Shown: positions 47,390-55,976 of the stretch, piece by piece
Position numbering within the stretch: the stretch's first letter is position 1
Layout of the letters: every line of letters begins with the position of its first letter
Source: Chloroflexota bacterium
Lineage (GTDB): Bacteria; Chloroflexota; Limnocylindria; Limnocylindrales; CSP1-4
Reading direction: 5' to 3'
NCBI GenBank assembly: GCA_003171255.1
Contig: PMYK01000029.1
Coordinates: forward strand, 11,816-75,815
Length of the DNA: 64,000 nt
The notes under the pieces: generated by a model
The model's database searches: none
Told to the model about the DNA's origin: nothing
The model's input: only the letters and a program-made list of their open reading frames with translations
Translations under genes and position numbers: made by a program

Positions 47390-49750
47390 TCAGGACTCTC
47401 GGGGCGGCCTGTCCAGGACCCGTCGCACGGCGTCACATAGCTCGCGCGGGGTGAATGGCTTGGTCAGGACCGCACCTTCGGCAGCCGCCCCGGTCAGTTC
47501 CTCTTCGCGATTGCGCGGATAGCCCGACATGAACAGGACCTTTAGATCGCGGCGCCTGGAACTCAGCGCGGCAGCAATGGTCGGTCCATCGAAGTCGGGC
47601 ATGACGACATCTGTCACCAGGATGTCGAGGCTCGGCCCGAGCGTGTCGGCCAGGTTCAGCGCCTCGTGCGGGCCGGCCACATAGACTCGGTAGCCTTCGG
47701 CGTTCAGGGCCCGCTTGCAGAAGTCACGGACCGTCGGCTCGTCCTCGATCAGGAGGATCGTTTCCACGCCTCGGCCTGGCGAACCGGGCTCGATCTGATG
47801 GACGCCGGGCTGTGTCGTGGGGCTCTCGCACTGGGGCAGTTCGACGATGAAACGCGAGCCCACGCCGACGGTCGATTCGACTCGAATATGGCCGCCCATC
47901 TGCTGGACTATGCCGTAGACCGTCGCCAGGCCCAGCCCGGTTCCCTTGCCCTGGCCCTTGGTCGTGAAGAACGGCTCGAACACATGCTCGAGCACCTCCG
48001 AGCCCATCCCGAAGCCCGAGTCGGCGATCTCCAGCCTCGCCCAGATCTTGTCGCGGTCGCGGCCGCCGACACCGGATGACAGGCCGCTCGTGGTCAAGGT
48101 CAGCGACCCGCCGCCAGGCATGGCGTCGCGGCCGTTGACGACGAGGTTCATGACAACCTGGTCCAGCTGGCTGGGATCGGCCTCGACGGCACCGAGCGTC
48201 CGGTCGAGCATCACGCCGAACTCGATGTCCTCGCCCAGGAGGCGCCGCAGCATCGGCACAATGGCCTCGATGCGGGCGTTCAGGTCGACCGGCTCCAGGG
48301 CTCGTTTGCTCCCGCGACCGAAGGCCAGCAGCTGGGCCGTCAGCTCCGTCGCTCGCGAGCCGGCCCGGCGAATCTCGACGGCGTCGGCAGCGCGGTCATC
48401 GCCCTCGAGCGACAGCACGAGCAGATCGGCATAGCCATTCACCACCGTCAACAGGTTGTTGAAGTCGTGAGCGACGCCACCTGCCAATCGCCCCAGGGCC
48501 TCCATCTTCGAGGCCTCGCGAAGGCGCTCCTCGAGCACCTTGCGCTCCGAGATGTCCTCGATCGTGGCGAGGGCGAACTGCGGGAGACCCGAACCCTCGC
48601 GGACGGGCGAGACATGGACCCTGGCCCAGATCGAGTGCGCGTCCTTTGCGACATACCGCTTCTCCATCTGGAATCCGTCGTTGCGTCCCGCGAACAATTC
48701 GCCCAGCAACGCCATGGTGGCCTCTCGGTCGGCCGGAAGCGTGAAGTCGGAGATGGTGAGTGAGCTCAGCTCGGAACTGTCATAGCCGAGAAGGCGTCGG
48801 AAGGCTGCGTTGCTCTCGATCGGGCGCCCGCCCTCGTCCGCAAGGACCATCGCCAGAGACGACTGATCGAAGACCGCCCTGACACGGGCCTCACTCGCCC
48901 GAAGGGCGGCCTCGGTCTCCTTGCGGGCAGTAATGTCGCGGGCGATGAGCTCGATTGCCGGGCGGCCGTCGAAGGTCACGGGCGCGGCCACGACCTCGAC
49001 GTCGAAGGGCGTCCCGTCGAACTTCACATGGCGCTCCTCGGCGAGCGGCTCTGCCTCACCTGAGGCGAGCATCCGGACCATCCGATCGCGGACGAACTCG
49101 CGCGCTTCTGGAGCCACCTGTCCGATGACCGGCTTGCCCTGGAGCTCCGCGGCGCTGCCGGCCCCATATAGCTCGATGGCGGCGCGGTTGACGAAGACCA
49201 CCAGGCCGTTCTGGTGGACGACCACCGGGTCCGGGAGCAGTTCGAGCAGCTTCTCGAAGCGCGACTCGGTTTCGGCGATCTCGCGGGCGACCTTGCGCCC
49301 ACGAGTAGTCTCCGTTCCGGTCGCGACTACGAAGCGAAAGCCATCGCCGCCATCGACCAGACGGGCCGACCACGAGACACGGGCCTTGCGGCCATCCTTG
49401 CGCAGCCATTGAGACTGGAACTCGACCTTGCGCTCGCCGCCCGAGATGAGCCGGTCGAACGCCTCCTGGGCCAGCGTTCGAAGGTTCGGCCTCAACCGCA
49501 TGACCGACCAGAGTGGCTTGCCGGCGATCTCCGAGAGCGGCACCCCCGAGGTTTCTTCGCAGCGCTCATTCCAGAGCCACAGACAGCACTCGAGCGAGGC
49601 AACGACCACCAGCGAGTCGACCGCATCGATGACGCTCTGAAGGGTGGCCGCTTGGCCGGTCAATCGGCCGGCAGGGTCGGACGATGGCTCGGCAGGCAGA
49701 CTCGACCGAGACCCGCGGGCGGCGACGCGACTGAGGAACGGGATGACCAT
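47390..49750 (-). CDS. Cytoplasmic multi-PAS hybrid sensor histidine kinase (PAS x3, HisKA, HATPase, then a receiver)
   Basis: 786 aa. The H-box is GGVAHDFNNLLTVV and the ATPase G-boxes read GMGSEVLEHVFEPFFTTKGQGKGTGLGL. The C-terminal receiver reads ILLIEDEPTV...ILVTDVVMPDFDG...VLTKPF. No transmembrane segment is apparent. Confidence 0.9.
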   Translation of the reverse strand: MVIPFLSRVAARGSRSSLPAEPSSDPAGRLTGQAATLQSVIDAVDSLVVVASLECCLWLWNERCEETSGVPLSEIAGKPLWSVMRLRPNLRTLAQEAFDRLISGGERKVEFQSQWLRKDGRKARVSWSARLVDGGDGFRFVVATGTETTRGRKVAREIAETESRFEKLLELLPDPVVVHQNGLVVFVNRAAIELYGAGSAAELQGKPVIGQVAPEAREFVRDRMVRMLASGEAEPLAEERHVKFDGTPFDVEVVAAPVTFDGRPAIELIARDITARKETEAALRASEARVRAVFDQSSLAMVLADEGGRPIESNAAFRRLLGYDSSELSSLTISDFTLPADREATMALLGELFAGRNDGFQMEKRYVAKDAHSIWARVHVSPVREGSGLPQFALATIEDISERKVLEERLREASKMEALGRLAGGVAHDFNNLLTVVNGYADLLVLSLEGDDRAADAVEIRRAGSRATELTAQLLAFGRGSKRALEPVDLNARIEAIVPMLRRLLGEDIEFGVMLDRTLGAVEADPSQLDQVVMNLVVNGRDAMPGGGSLTLTTSGLSSGVGGRDRDKIWARLEIADSGFGMGSEVLEHVFEPFFTTKGQGKGTGLGLATVYGIVQQMGGHIRVESTVGVGSRFIVELPQCESPTTQPGVHQIEPGSPGRGVETILLIEDEPTVRDFCKRALNAEGYRVYVAGPHEALNLADTLGPSLDILVTDVVMPDFDGPTIAAALSSRRRDLKVLFMSGYPRNREEELTGAAAEGAVLTKPFTPRELCDAVRRVLDRPPRES

Positions 49751-49880
49751 GCAGGCCGAATGCTACACAGAACTGAGGATGCGCCCGGAGCGCTCCCGCA
49801 GCCTGGCTTCCGCGGCATACCGCGGCCGCTGCCGTCCCGGGCTCGATGCCACGCAGCCGACCACCCTGTAGGATCGACGA

Positions 49881-51386
49881 ATGGCAGGACGTCGCGTCAA
49901 CCGCACCTCCACGGGCGAGTCCAGCGGACAACAGCCCGCTTTCGTACCGCCGCGCGAGCGCCAGCCCCTGGCCGCCAGGATGCGCCCCCGAACGCTCGAC
50001 GAGCTGGTCGGCCACGAACGACTCATCGGCCAACGTGGAACTCTGCGACGAGCAATCGAAGGCGGTCATCTCGGGTCGCTTCTCTTCTGGGGACCTCCCG
50101 GCTCCGGCAAGACGAGCCTGGCCCGCGTCCTGGCCGAGGCGGCCGGCGCCCGCCTGGTGACCATCTCCGCGGTCATGAGCGGAGTAGCAGAAGTTCGAGC
50201 ATTGGTCGCCGAGGCCGGTGAGCGCCTGGCTCTAAACAGTCAGCAGACGGTTCTCTTCATCGACGAGATCCATCGCTTCAACAAGGCCCAGCAGGACGCC
50301 CTTCTGCCGCACGTCGAGAACGGCACGATCACGCTCGTCGGCGCTACGACCGAGAACCCGTACTTCGAGGTCAACTCCGCCCTGCTGTCCCGTTTGCGCG
50401 TCTTTCGCCTCGAGCCACTCACCGACGATGAGGTCGGGACCGTCGTCCGGCGCGCCCTCATCGACCCAGAACGCGGTCTGGCCGGCGAGCTGGGACCGAC
50501 CGGCGGCGTGGCTCTGGCCGCTGAACCACTCGAGCATCTCGTCAGTCTGGCCGCGGGCGATGCCCGCCAGGCCCTCAACGTTCTCGAGGGCGCCGTGTCG
50601 ATCGCAGACTCGGAGGGGATCCGCGACGGCGATGGCCATGTCTCACCTCGCCTCGATGACGTCGAGGCCGCGGCCCAGCAGCGGGTTCTGGCCTACGACC
50701 GCGCCGGCGATGGCCACTACGACACGGTCAGCGCCTTCATCAAGAGCATTCGCGGCAACGACCCGGACGCGGCCCTGTACTGGCTGGCCTCGATGATCGC
50801 CGCCGGCGAGGACCCCCGGTTCATTGCCCGCCGGCTGATCATCCTGGCCTCGGAGGACATCGGACTGGCCGACCCACGGGCCCTCGAGGTGGCCGTGGCT
50901 GCGGCACAGGCCCTCGATTGGGTCGGGCTGCCGGAGGCCCAATATGCCCTGGCCGAGGCCACCGTCATGCTGGCGGTCACGACCAAGAGCAACGCCGCCG
51001 GGCGTGGCTACTTCGCCGCGCTGGCCGATGTCCTCGACAAGGGCTCGCTGCCGGTCCCGCCCCACCTGCGGTCGAACGGCGCCGCCCGGCGCAGCTATCG
51101 CTACCCCCACGACTTCGAGGGCGACGACGTCGACCAGCAGTACCTACCCGACAGTCTTGTCGGCCGTCGCTACTACTTCCCGGGTGGGCAGGGCGCCGAG
51201 CAAAAGATCGGCGAGCGGCTGGAGCGCATCGCAAAGGCCCGGCTGGAGGGCCCGCGACGCAAACCCCGCGTTGACGGACAGGCCAACGCAGACCCAATGT
51301 CCGCGGGCTCGGAAGGGATGCGCCGCCGCCAGCAGAGTCTGCGCGAACTGGCCGAGGAACAGCGCCGCGACGCCGGCGACAGCTAG
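49881..51386 (+). CDS. rarA: Replication-associated recombination protein A (MgsA/RarA AAA+ ATPase)
   Basis: 501 aa. The sequence reads LAARMRPRTLDELVGHE...LLFWGPPGSGKTSLARVLA...LFIDEIHRFNKAQQDALLPHVENGTITLVGATTENPYFEV. Confidence 0.92.
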   Translation: MAGRRVNRTSTGESSGQQPAFVPPRERQPLAARMRPRTLDELVGHERLIGQRGTLRRAIEGGHLGSLLFWGPPGSGKTSLARVLAEAAGARLVTISAVMSGVAEVRALVAEAGERLALNSQQTVLFIDEIHRFNKAQQDALLPHVENGTITLVGATTENPYFEVNSALLSRLRVFRLEPLTDDEVGTVVRRALIDPERGLAGELGPTGGVALAAEPLEHLVSLAAGDARQALNVLEGAVSIADSEGIRDGDGHVSPRLDDVEAAAQQRVLAYDRAGDGHYDTVSAFIKSIRGNDPDAALYWLASMIAAGEDPRFIARRLIILASEDIGLADPRALEVAVAAAQALDWVGLPEAQYALAEATVMLAVTTKSNAAGRGYFAALADVLDKGSLPVPPHLRSNGAARRSYRYPHDFEGDDVDQQYLPDSLVGRRYYFPGGQGAEQKIGERLERIAKARLEGPRRKPRVDGQANADPMSAGSEGMRRRQQSLRELAEEQRRDAGDS

Positions 51387-51537
51387 CCCGAGCGGCTGTT
51401 CGGAGACGCCTCCGCGCGGTTCCTGGCGATCCGGCTCGTCGATGCAGTCGTCGGGGGTGGACGAACCAACTTGAGGGACGGCGGAGATCCGATGGGGCCG
51501 GGCCGCACCACCGTCGGTCGGAGGCACGCCCGCGACC

Positions 51538-51951
51538 CTAGGGTTCGAGCTCCAGGGCCCGGACGTGCTTCGGGCGGAAGATCGCGATTGGCGGGCGATC
51601 GAAGACGGCTACCCGGGTCACGCCCAAGCGCTCGGCCGTGGCCACCAGGACGGCATCGGTAAGTCGCGGCCGATACTCGGTCGTCTCGTGCATCAACTCC
51701 ATGGCCCGGACCAGATCCGCCGCGGTCGGAGTCACGACTTTGACTGCGCCGCTGGCGATCGACTCGAGGAGCGCGAAGACGGCTCGCAGCCCGAGCTCTC
51801 GCTGTAACAGCAGGTCCAACTCGGCCAGCGTCAGCGCCCCGATCATCAGCGGCTCGTTGGCCCGGCCGAACCAGGCCACCGCCGCCCGATGGTTCAAGTC
51901 CGATTGATCCGCGGCGGCGAGGACGGCGCTCGAGTCGAGAAGGATGGCCAC
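51538..51951 (-). CDS. vapC: PIN-domain type II toxin (VapC-like)
   Basis: 137 aa starting at GTG. The N-terminus reads ILLDSSAVLAAAD and a later acidic residue appears in LTDAVLVATA. It begins 2 nt after the antitoxin stop. Confidence 0.8.
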   Translation of the reverse strand: MAILLDSSAVLAAADQSDLNHRAAVAWFGRANEPLMIGALTLAELDLLLQRELGLRAVFALLESIASGAVKVVTPTAADLVRAMELMHETTEYRPRLTDAVLVATAERLGVTRVAVFDRPPIAIFRPKHVRALELEP

Positions 51952-51953
51952 GA

Positions 51954-52205
51954 TCAGACCTCGTCCGGCCCGGGCCGGAGCCCGGCCTCACGACGCGCGA
52001 TCGACCGGCCGTCGAGCGACAGGCGTCCGTGGTCGCTTCGACCGATGGCCAGGAACGACAGGTCGGGTGCGGTGTCGTGGACCTCGAGATACGACTCCAC
52101 GGCTGCAGTGAGGACCGACGTCTTGGTCACGCCGCTCCGGGCCGCGAAGCGGTCGAGCCGCTCCAGCAGGTCCGAGTCGATCAGGATGGTGGTTCGCTTC
52201 TGCAT
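51954..52205 (-). CDS. vapB: Ribbon-helix-helix (CopG/VapB-like) antitoxin
   Basis: 83 aa starting at ATG. The sequence reads MQKRTTILIDSDLLERLDRFAARSGVTKTSVLTAAVESYL. Confidence 0.75.
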   Translation of the reverse strand: MQKRTTILIDSDLLERLDRFAARSGVTKTSVLTAAVESYLEVHDTAPDLSFLAIGRSDHGRLSLDGRSIARREAGLRPGPDEV

Positions 52206-52255
52206 ATGCGGTCATATATACCACACTGGCCGACGCGGGGACGCACCGCTAGTAT
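52206..52255. promoter_or_regulatory. Divergent promoter region between vapB and the aminotransferase gene
   Basis: This is a locally AT-rich island in a GC-rich genome. On the minus strand, TATATA (52215-52220) lies 9 nt upstream of the vapB ATG. An 8-bp palindrome, gcatatgc (52202-52209), spans that ATG. On the plus strand, TAGTAT sits at 52250-52255, about 37 nt upstream of the GTG at 52293. Confidence 0.35.
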
Positions 52256-52292
52256 TCCGGGGCATCCTGTTCCCGCAGAGAGGTGGATTTAC

Positions 52293-53459
52293 GTGAACCG
52301 CTTCGAGCCCAACCTTCGAATTCCCGGCCCGACCTCGCTCCCCGATGCCGTGCGCGAGGCCGGCGCCCGGCAGATGGTCAACCATCGCGGGCCCGAGTTC
52401 GCCGTCCTGCAGAACCGGGTCATCGAGCGTCTGAAGACCTTCTACAAGACCCAGAACGATGTCCTGATCGTGACCGCGGCCGGGACCGGTGGGCTCGAGT
52501 CGGCGATCGTCAGCTTCCTCTCCCCCGGCGACAAGGTTCTGGCGATCACGATCGGCGCGTTTGGCGACCGTTTCGCGAAGATCGCCACGGTCTATGGGGC
52601 GGACGTCACCAAGCTCGCCTTCGAGTGGGGCAAGGCCGCCGACGTGGCCAAGGTTCGCGAGGCGCTGCAGGCCGGCGGTCCCTGGAAGGCCGTCCTGATG
52701 ACCCAGAACGAGACCTCAACCGCCGTCACCAACCCGATCAAGGACCTGGCCGCCGCCGTCAAGGAGCTTGCGCCCGACGCGCTGATCATCGTCGACGCCA
52801 TCTCCGGCCTCGGTGCCGTCCCGTTCGAGACCGACGCCTGGGGCCTGGACGTGGTCGTCAGCGGATCGCAGAAGGCCTGGATGGTTGCCCCCGGCCTGAG
52901 CTTCGTGGCCGTCTCGCCGCGCGCATGGGAAGCGGCGGCTGTGGCCAAGATGCCGAAGTTCTACTTCGATCTGGCCGCCCACAAGACCAGCGCCGAATCC
53001 GGTCAGACGCCGTGGACCCCCGCGGTGGCGGTCATGTTCCAGCTCGACGTCGCTCTCGAGATGATGGAGCAGGAGACCCTGCCCGAGATCTGGAAGCGCC
53101 ACGCCGCGGTTGGGGCCGCCGTCCGAGCCGGCCTCACGACTCTCGGCTTCAAGCTCCTGGGCGATCCGGCCTTCGCCTCCGACACGGTCACTGGGGCATG
53201 GATCCCCGAAGGCCTCGACTGGAAGGCGTTCAACGGCAAGCTCCGCAAGCTCGGCCTCGTGGTCGCGGGCGGACAGGGCGCTCTCAAGGGCAAGATCTTC
53301 CGGATCGGGCACCTCGGCCATGTCACCGTGCCGGCCATCCTCAACGCCATGGCGGTGCTCGAGCAGACCCTCATCGAGCTCGATCGACCGGTCAAGCCGG
53401 GTGCGGCCGTCGAGGCCGCCCAGGTCGCCGCGCTCCGGTCCCTCGGCCTGGCCAAGTAA
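52293..53459 (+). CDS. Class V (AGXT/SerC-type) aminotransferase; given its context, probably phosphoserine aminotransferase
   Basis: GTG at 52293 with an AGAGGTGGA RBS. The sequence reads NLRIPGPTSLPDAVREA...NHRGPEF...VVVSGSQKAWM, which includes the PLP lysine. The gene lies 12 nt upstream of serA. Confidence 0.8.
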   Translation: MNRFEPNLRIPGPTSLPDAVREAGARQMVNHRGPEFAVLQNRVIERLKTFYKTQNDVLIVTAAGTGGLESAIVSFLSPGDKVLAITIGAFGDRFAKIATVYGADVTKLAFEWGKAADVAKVREALQAGGPWKAVLMTQNETSTAVTNPIKDLAAAVKELAPDALIIVDAISGLGAVPFETDAWGLDVVVSGSQKAWMVAPGLSFVAVSPRAWEAAAVAKMPKFYFDLAAHKTSAESGQTPWTPAVAVMFQLDVALEMMEQETLPEIWKRHAAVGAAVRAGLTTLGFKLLGDPAFASDTVTGAWIPEGLDWKAFNGKLRKLGLVVAGGQGALKGKIFRIGHLGHVTVPAILNAMAVLEQTLIELDRPVKPGAAVEAAQVAALRSLGLAK

Positions 53460-53471
53460 GGAGCACACAAG

Positions 53472-55055
53472 GTGAAGATCCTCGTTGCCGAGCCCCTGGC
53501 CAAGCAGGGTCTCGAGATCCTTCGGGCTCACCACGAAGTGGACGAGAAGATCGGGCTGACCCCCGAAGAGCTGGCCGGGATCATAGGCGAGTACGACGCG
53601 TTGCTCGTGCGCAGCCAGGTCAAGGTCACCGCCGACATCCTCGCCCACGCCACCCGCCTCGTCGTCATCGGCCGCGCCGGCGTCGGCGTCGACAATGTCG
53701 ACCTCGAAGCCGCAACCAAGGCCGGCGTCGTGGTGGTCAATGCCCCGACCGGCAACACCGTGTCGGCTGCCGAGCAGACGATCGCCCTGATGCTGGCTCT
53801 GGCCCGCAAGACGGCCGCCGCCGACGCGTCGGTGCGCAGGGGCGAGTGGAAGCGCAGCAGCTTCACGGGTGTCGAGCTGCGTGGACGCACCCTCGGCATC
53901 ATCGGCCTGGGCAAGATCGGCCAGGCCGTGGCCGACCGAGCCCGCGGCCTCGAGATGACCGTCATCGGCTATGACCCGTTCGTGACCGCCGAGCAGGCCG
54001 CCCTGCACGGCATCACGCTCGTCGAGGTCGACCAGATCATCGAGAAGGCCGACGTCATCACCGTTCACGTGCCGCTCAACAAGGCGACCCGCGGCATTAT
54101 CAACGCCGACAACATCGACAAGCTCAAGCCCGGCGTGATGCTCGTCAACGTCGCCCGCGGCGGCGTCTACGACGAGGCGGCCGTGGCCCAGGCCCTCGTC
54201 GACGGCAAGATCGCCGGGGCGGCATTCGATGTCTACGATCCGGAGCCCCCGGTCGACTCACCGCTCCTGAAGGCGCCGAACACAGTCCTCACGCCGCACC
54301 TCGGCGCCCTGACCGCCGAAGCTCAGCTGCGCGTGGCCGAGGAAGCCTGCGAGCAGGTCATCGACGTTCTCGCCGGCCGCTCGGCCCGATATGCGGTCAA
54401 CGCGCCTCTGCTCACGCCCGAGACATCCCGGGCAATCGCCCCGTATCTGCCGCTGACCGAGATCCTCGGTCGATTCGCCGCCCAGTATCTGCGCGGCGGA
54501 GTCAAGACCATGACGATCGATGTGGCCGGCGATCTCGCCAACCACGACGCATCGCAACTCGTGGCTGCCGCGCTGCGCGGCATCCTCGAGAACGCCACGA
54601 GCGAGCGCGTCAACCTCATCAACGCCGGGTTCCTGGCCAAGAGCCGCGGCCTCACCGTCAACGAGCGCAAGACCAGCGACGCCGGTACGTTCGCATCGCT
54701 GGTCACCCTCACAGTCGAGGGCGACAACGGCACTGCCGTCGTAGCCGGCACGATCGCCAACGGCGAGCCGCGACTGGTCCGCATCGACGACAACCTGCTC
54801 GACATGGCGCCGGCGCCCCTGATGGTCGTCACTCGCCACCAGGACAAGCCCGGAACAATGGGCCGCATCGGCCTCATCCTCGGCGAAGCCGATGTCAACA
54901 TCAGCTCCATGACCCTTGCCCGAAACGCCCCTCGGCAGGACGCCCTGATGCTCCTCGCCGTCGACGACGAGGTGTCGGACAAGGTCACCGAGCAGATTAG
55001 GAACCACCCGGCGGTCCTCGACGTGTGGTCGATCCGGGCCGCCCCGGTCCATTGA
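53472..55055 (+). CDS. serA: D-3-phosphoglycerate dehydrogenase (long form, with intervening and ACT domains)
   Basis: 527 aa starting at GTG, with an AAGGAG RBS 9 nt upstream. The sequence reads KILVAEPLA...LGIIGLGKIGQAVADRA...VNVARGGVYDE...TPHLGA. The C-terminal ACT-like segment reads MVVTRHQDKPGTMGRIGLILGEADVNISSM. Confidence 0.93.
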   Translation: MKILVAEPLAKQGLEILRAHHEVDEKIGLTPEELAGIIGEYDALLVRSQVKVTADILAHATRLVVIGRAGVGVDNVDLEAATKAGVVVVNAPTGNTVSAAEQTIALMLALARKTAAADASVRRGEWKRSSFTGVELRGRTLGIIGLGKIGQAVADRARGLEMTVIGYDPFVTAEQAALHGITLVEVDQIIEKADVITVHVPLNKATRGIINADNIDKLKPGVMLVNVARGGVYDEAAVAQALVDGKIAGAAFDVYDPEPPVDSPLLKAPNTVLTPHLGALTAEAQLRVAEEACEQVIDVLAGRSARYAVNAPLLTPETSRAIAPYLPLTEILGRFAAQYLRGGVKTMTIDVAGDLANHDASQLVAAALRGILENATSERVNLINAGFLAKSRGLTVNERKTSDAGTFASLVTLTVEGDNGTAVVAGTIANGEPRLVRIDDNLLDMAPAPLMVVTRHQDKPGTMGRIGLILGEADVNISSMTLARNAPRQDALMLLAVDDEVSDKVTEQIRNHPAVLDVWSIRAAPVH

Positions 55056-55921
55056 ACTCCACTCCGCGGGACGCGGAGCGGCTCCGAGCCGGGGAGACCC
55101 GGCCCTCCGGAGCCGCTCCGCTCATTCCCACCGGCCTCGATGCGATCCTCGTTCTGCTCCGCCATGGCCAGACGCAGTTCATCGTCGAGAACCGCTTTCA
55201 GGGCGCGATGGAGGCGCCGCTAACGCCGCTGGGCGAGCTACAGGCCCGCCTGGCCGGCCGCCGGCTCGCCTCCCCCGCCGCCGATCCATCGGTACCCATC
55301 CCGGACACGGCGCCATTCGCGATCGTGCACTCGCCGCTGGGAAGGGCCCGACGCAGCGCCGAGCTGGTGGTAGAGGAGATGGCCGCCGCCGGCCGCGCCA
55401 CTCCCCCACTCCGACCAGATGCCGGCTTCTGCGAGATCGCCCAGGGAGTGTGGGAAGGACTCACCGAAGAGGAGATCAACGTCCGCTTCAGCGACTCGCT
55501 GGCGGGCTGGCGACGCTGGCCGATGGAGGTCTCCGCCCCCGGAGGCGAGGCTCTCCCACAGGTGGCGGCGCGGGTTGAGGCATCGCTGTCGAGGCTCCTC
55601 GGCGAAATGGCGGACGGCACCAAACCCGGCACGATAGACCGCCACCAGGTCCTCGGCTACGGTGCAACTGGCCCCGAGAAACGGCGTTGGTCGTTGATCG
55701 TCGGTCACGGCGGCGTCTTCAGGGTCGTGGCGTGCGTCCTCCTCGACCTCCCGCTCGAGCACTTCTGGAACTTCGATTTCGGCCTTGCGGCGATCTCCGT
55801 CGTCGAGATACGGGCCGGCCGCGCGGTCATGCGCTCGCTCAATCTCGAGTCGCACCCCGATGGGCAGGCGGCGGCGCGGGTCGAGGACTCCTCAAAGCGA
55901 GACGAGAGCGGCGCGCTCTAG
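55025..55921 (+). CDS. Histidine phosphatase (phosphoglycerate-mutase-like) family protein
   Basis: The RHG motif reads ILVLLRHGQTQF and the second His appears in LIVGHGGVFR. The only ATG (55025) overlaps serA by 31 nt, so the true start may be a downstream non-ATG codon. Confidence 0.75.
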   Translation: MVDPGRPGPLNSTPRDAERLRAGETRPSGAAPLIPTGLDAILVLLRHGQTQFIVENRFQGAMEAPLTPLGELQARLAGRRLASPAADPSVPIPDTAPFAIVHSPLGRARRSAELVVEEMAAAGRATPPLRPDAGFCEIAQGVWEGLTEEEINVRFSDSLAGWRRWPMEVSAPGGEALPQVAARVEASLSRLLGEMADGTKPGTIDRHQVLGYGATGPEKRRWSLIVGHGGVFRVVACVLLDLPLEHFWNFDFGLAAISVVEIRAGRAVMRSLNLESHPDGQAAARVEDSSKRDESGAL

Positions 55922-55976
55922 CCCGCTCTTAGGTGTCCACGCCTGCCGGTGTTCGCGTCGGCCTGGCAGGAGCCGA

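Noticed and set aside
52195-52225. The AT-rich segment at the vapB start read as a possible dif (XerCD) site
   Set aside because: It does not match the XerC-arm, 6-nt spacer, XerD-arm organisation (GCGCATAA-TGTATA-TTATGTTAAAT-like). Its position fits a promoter or operator for vapB better.
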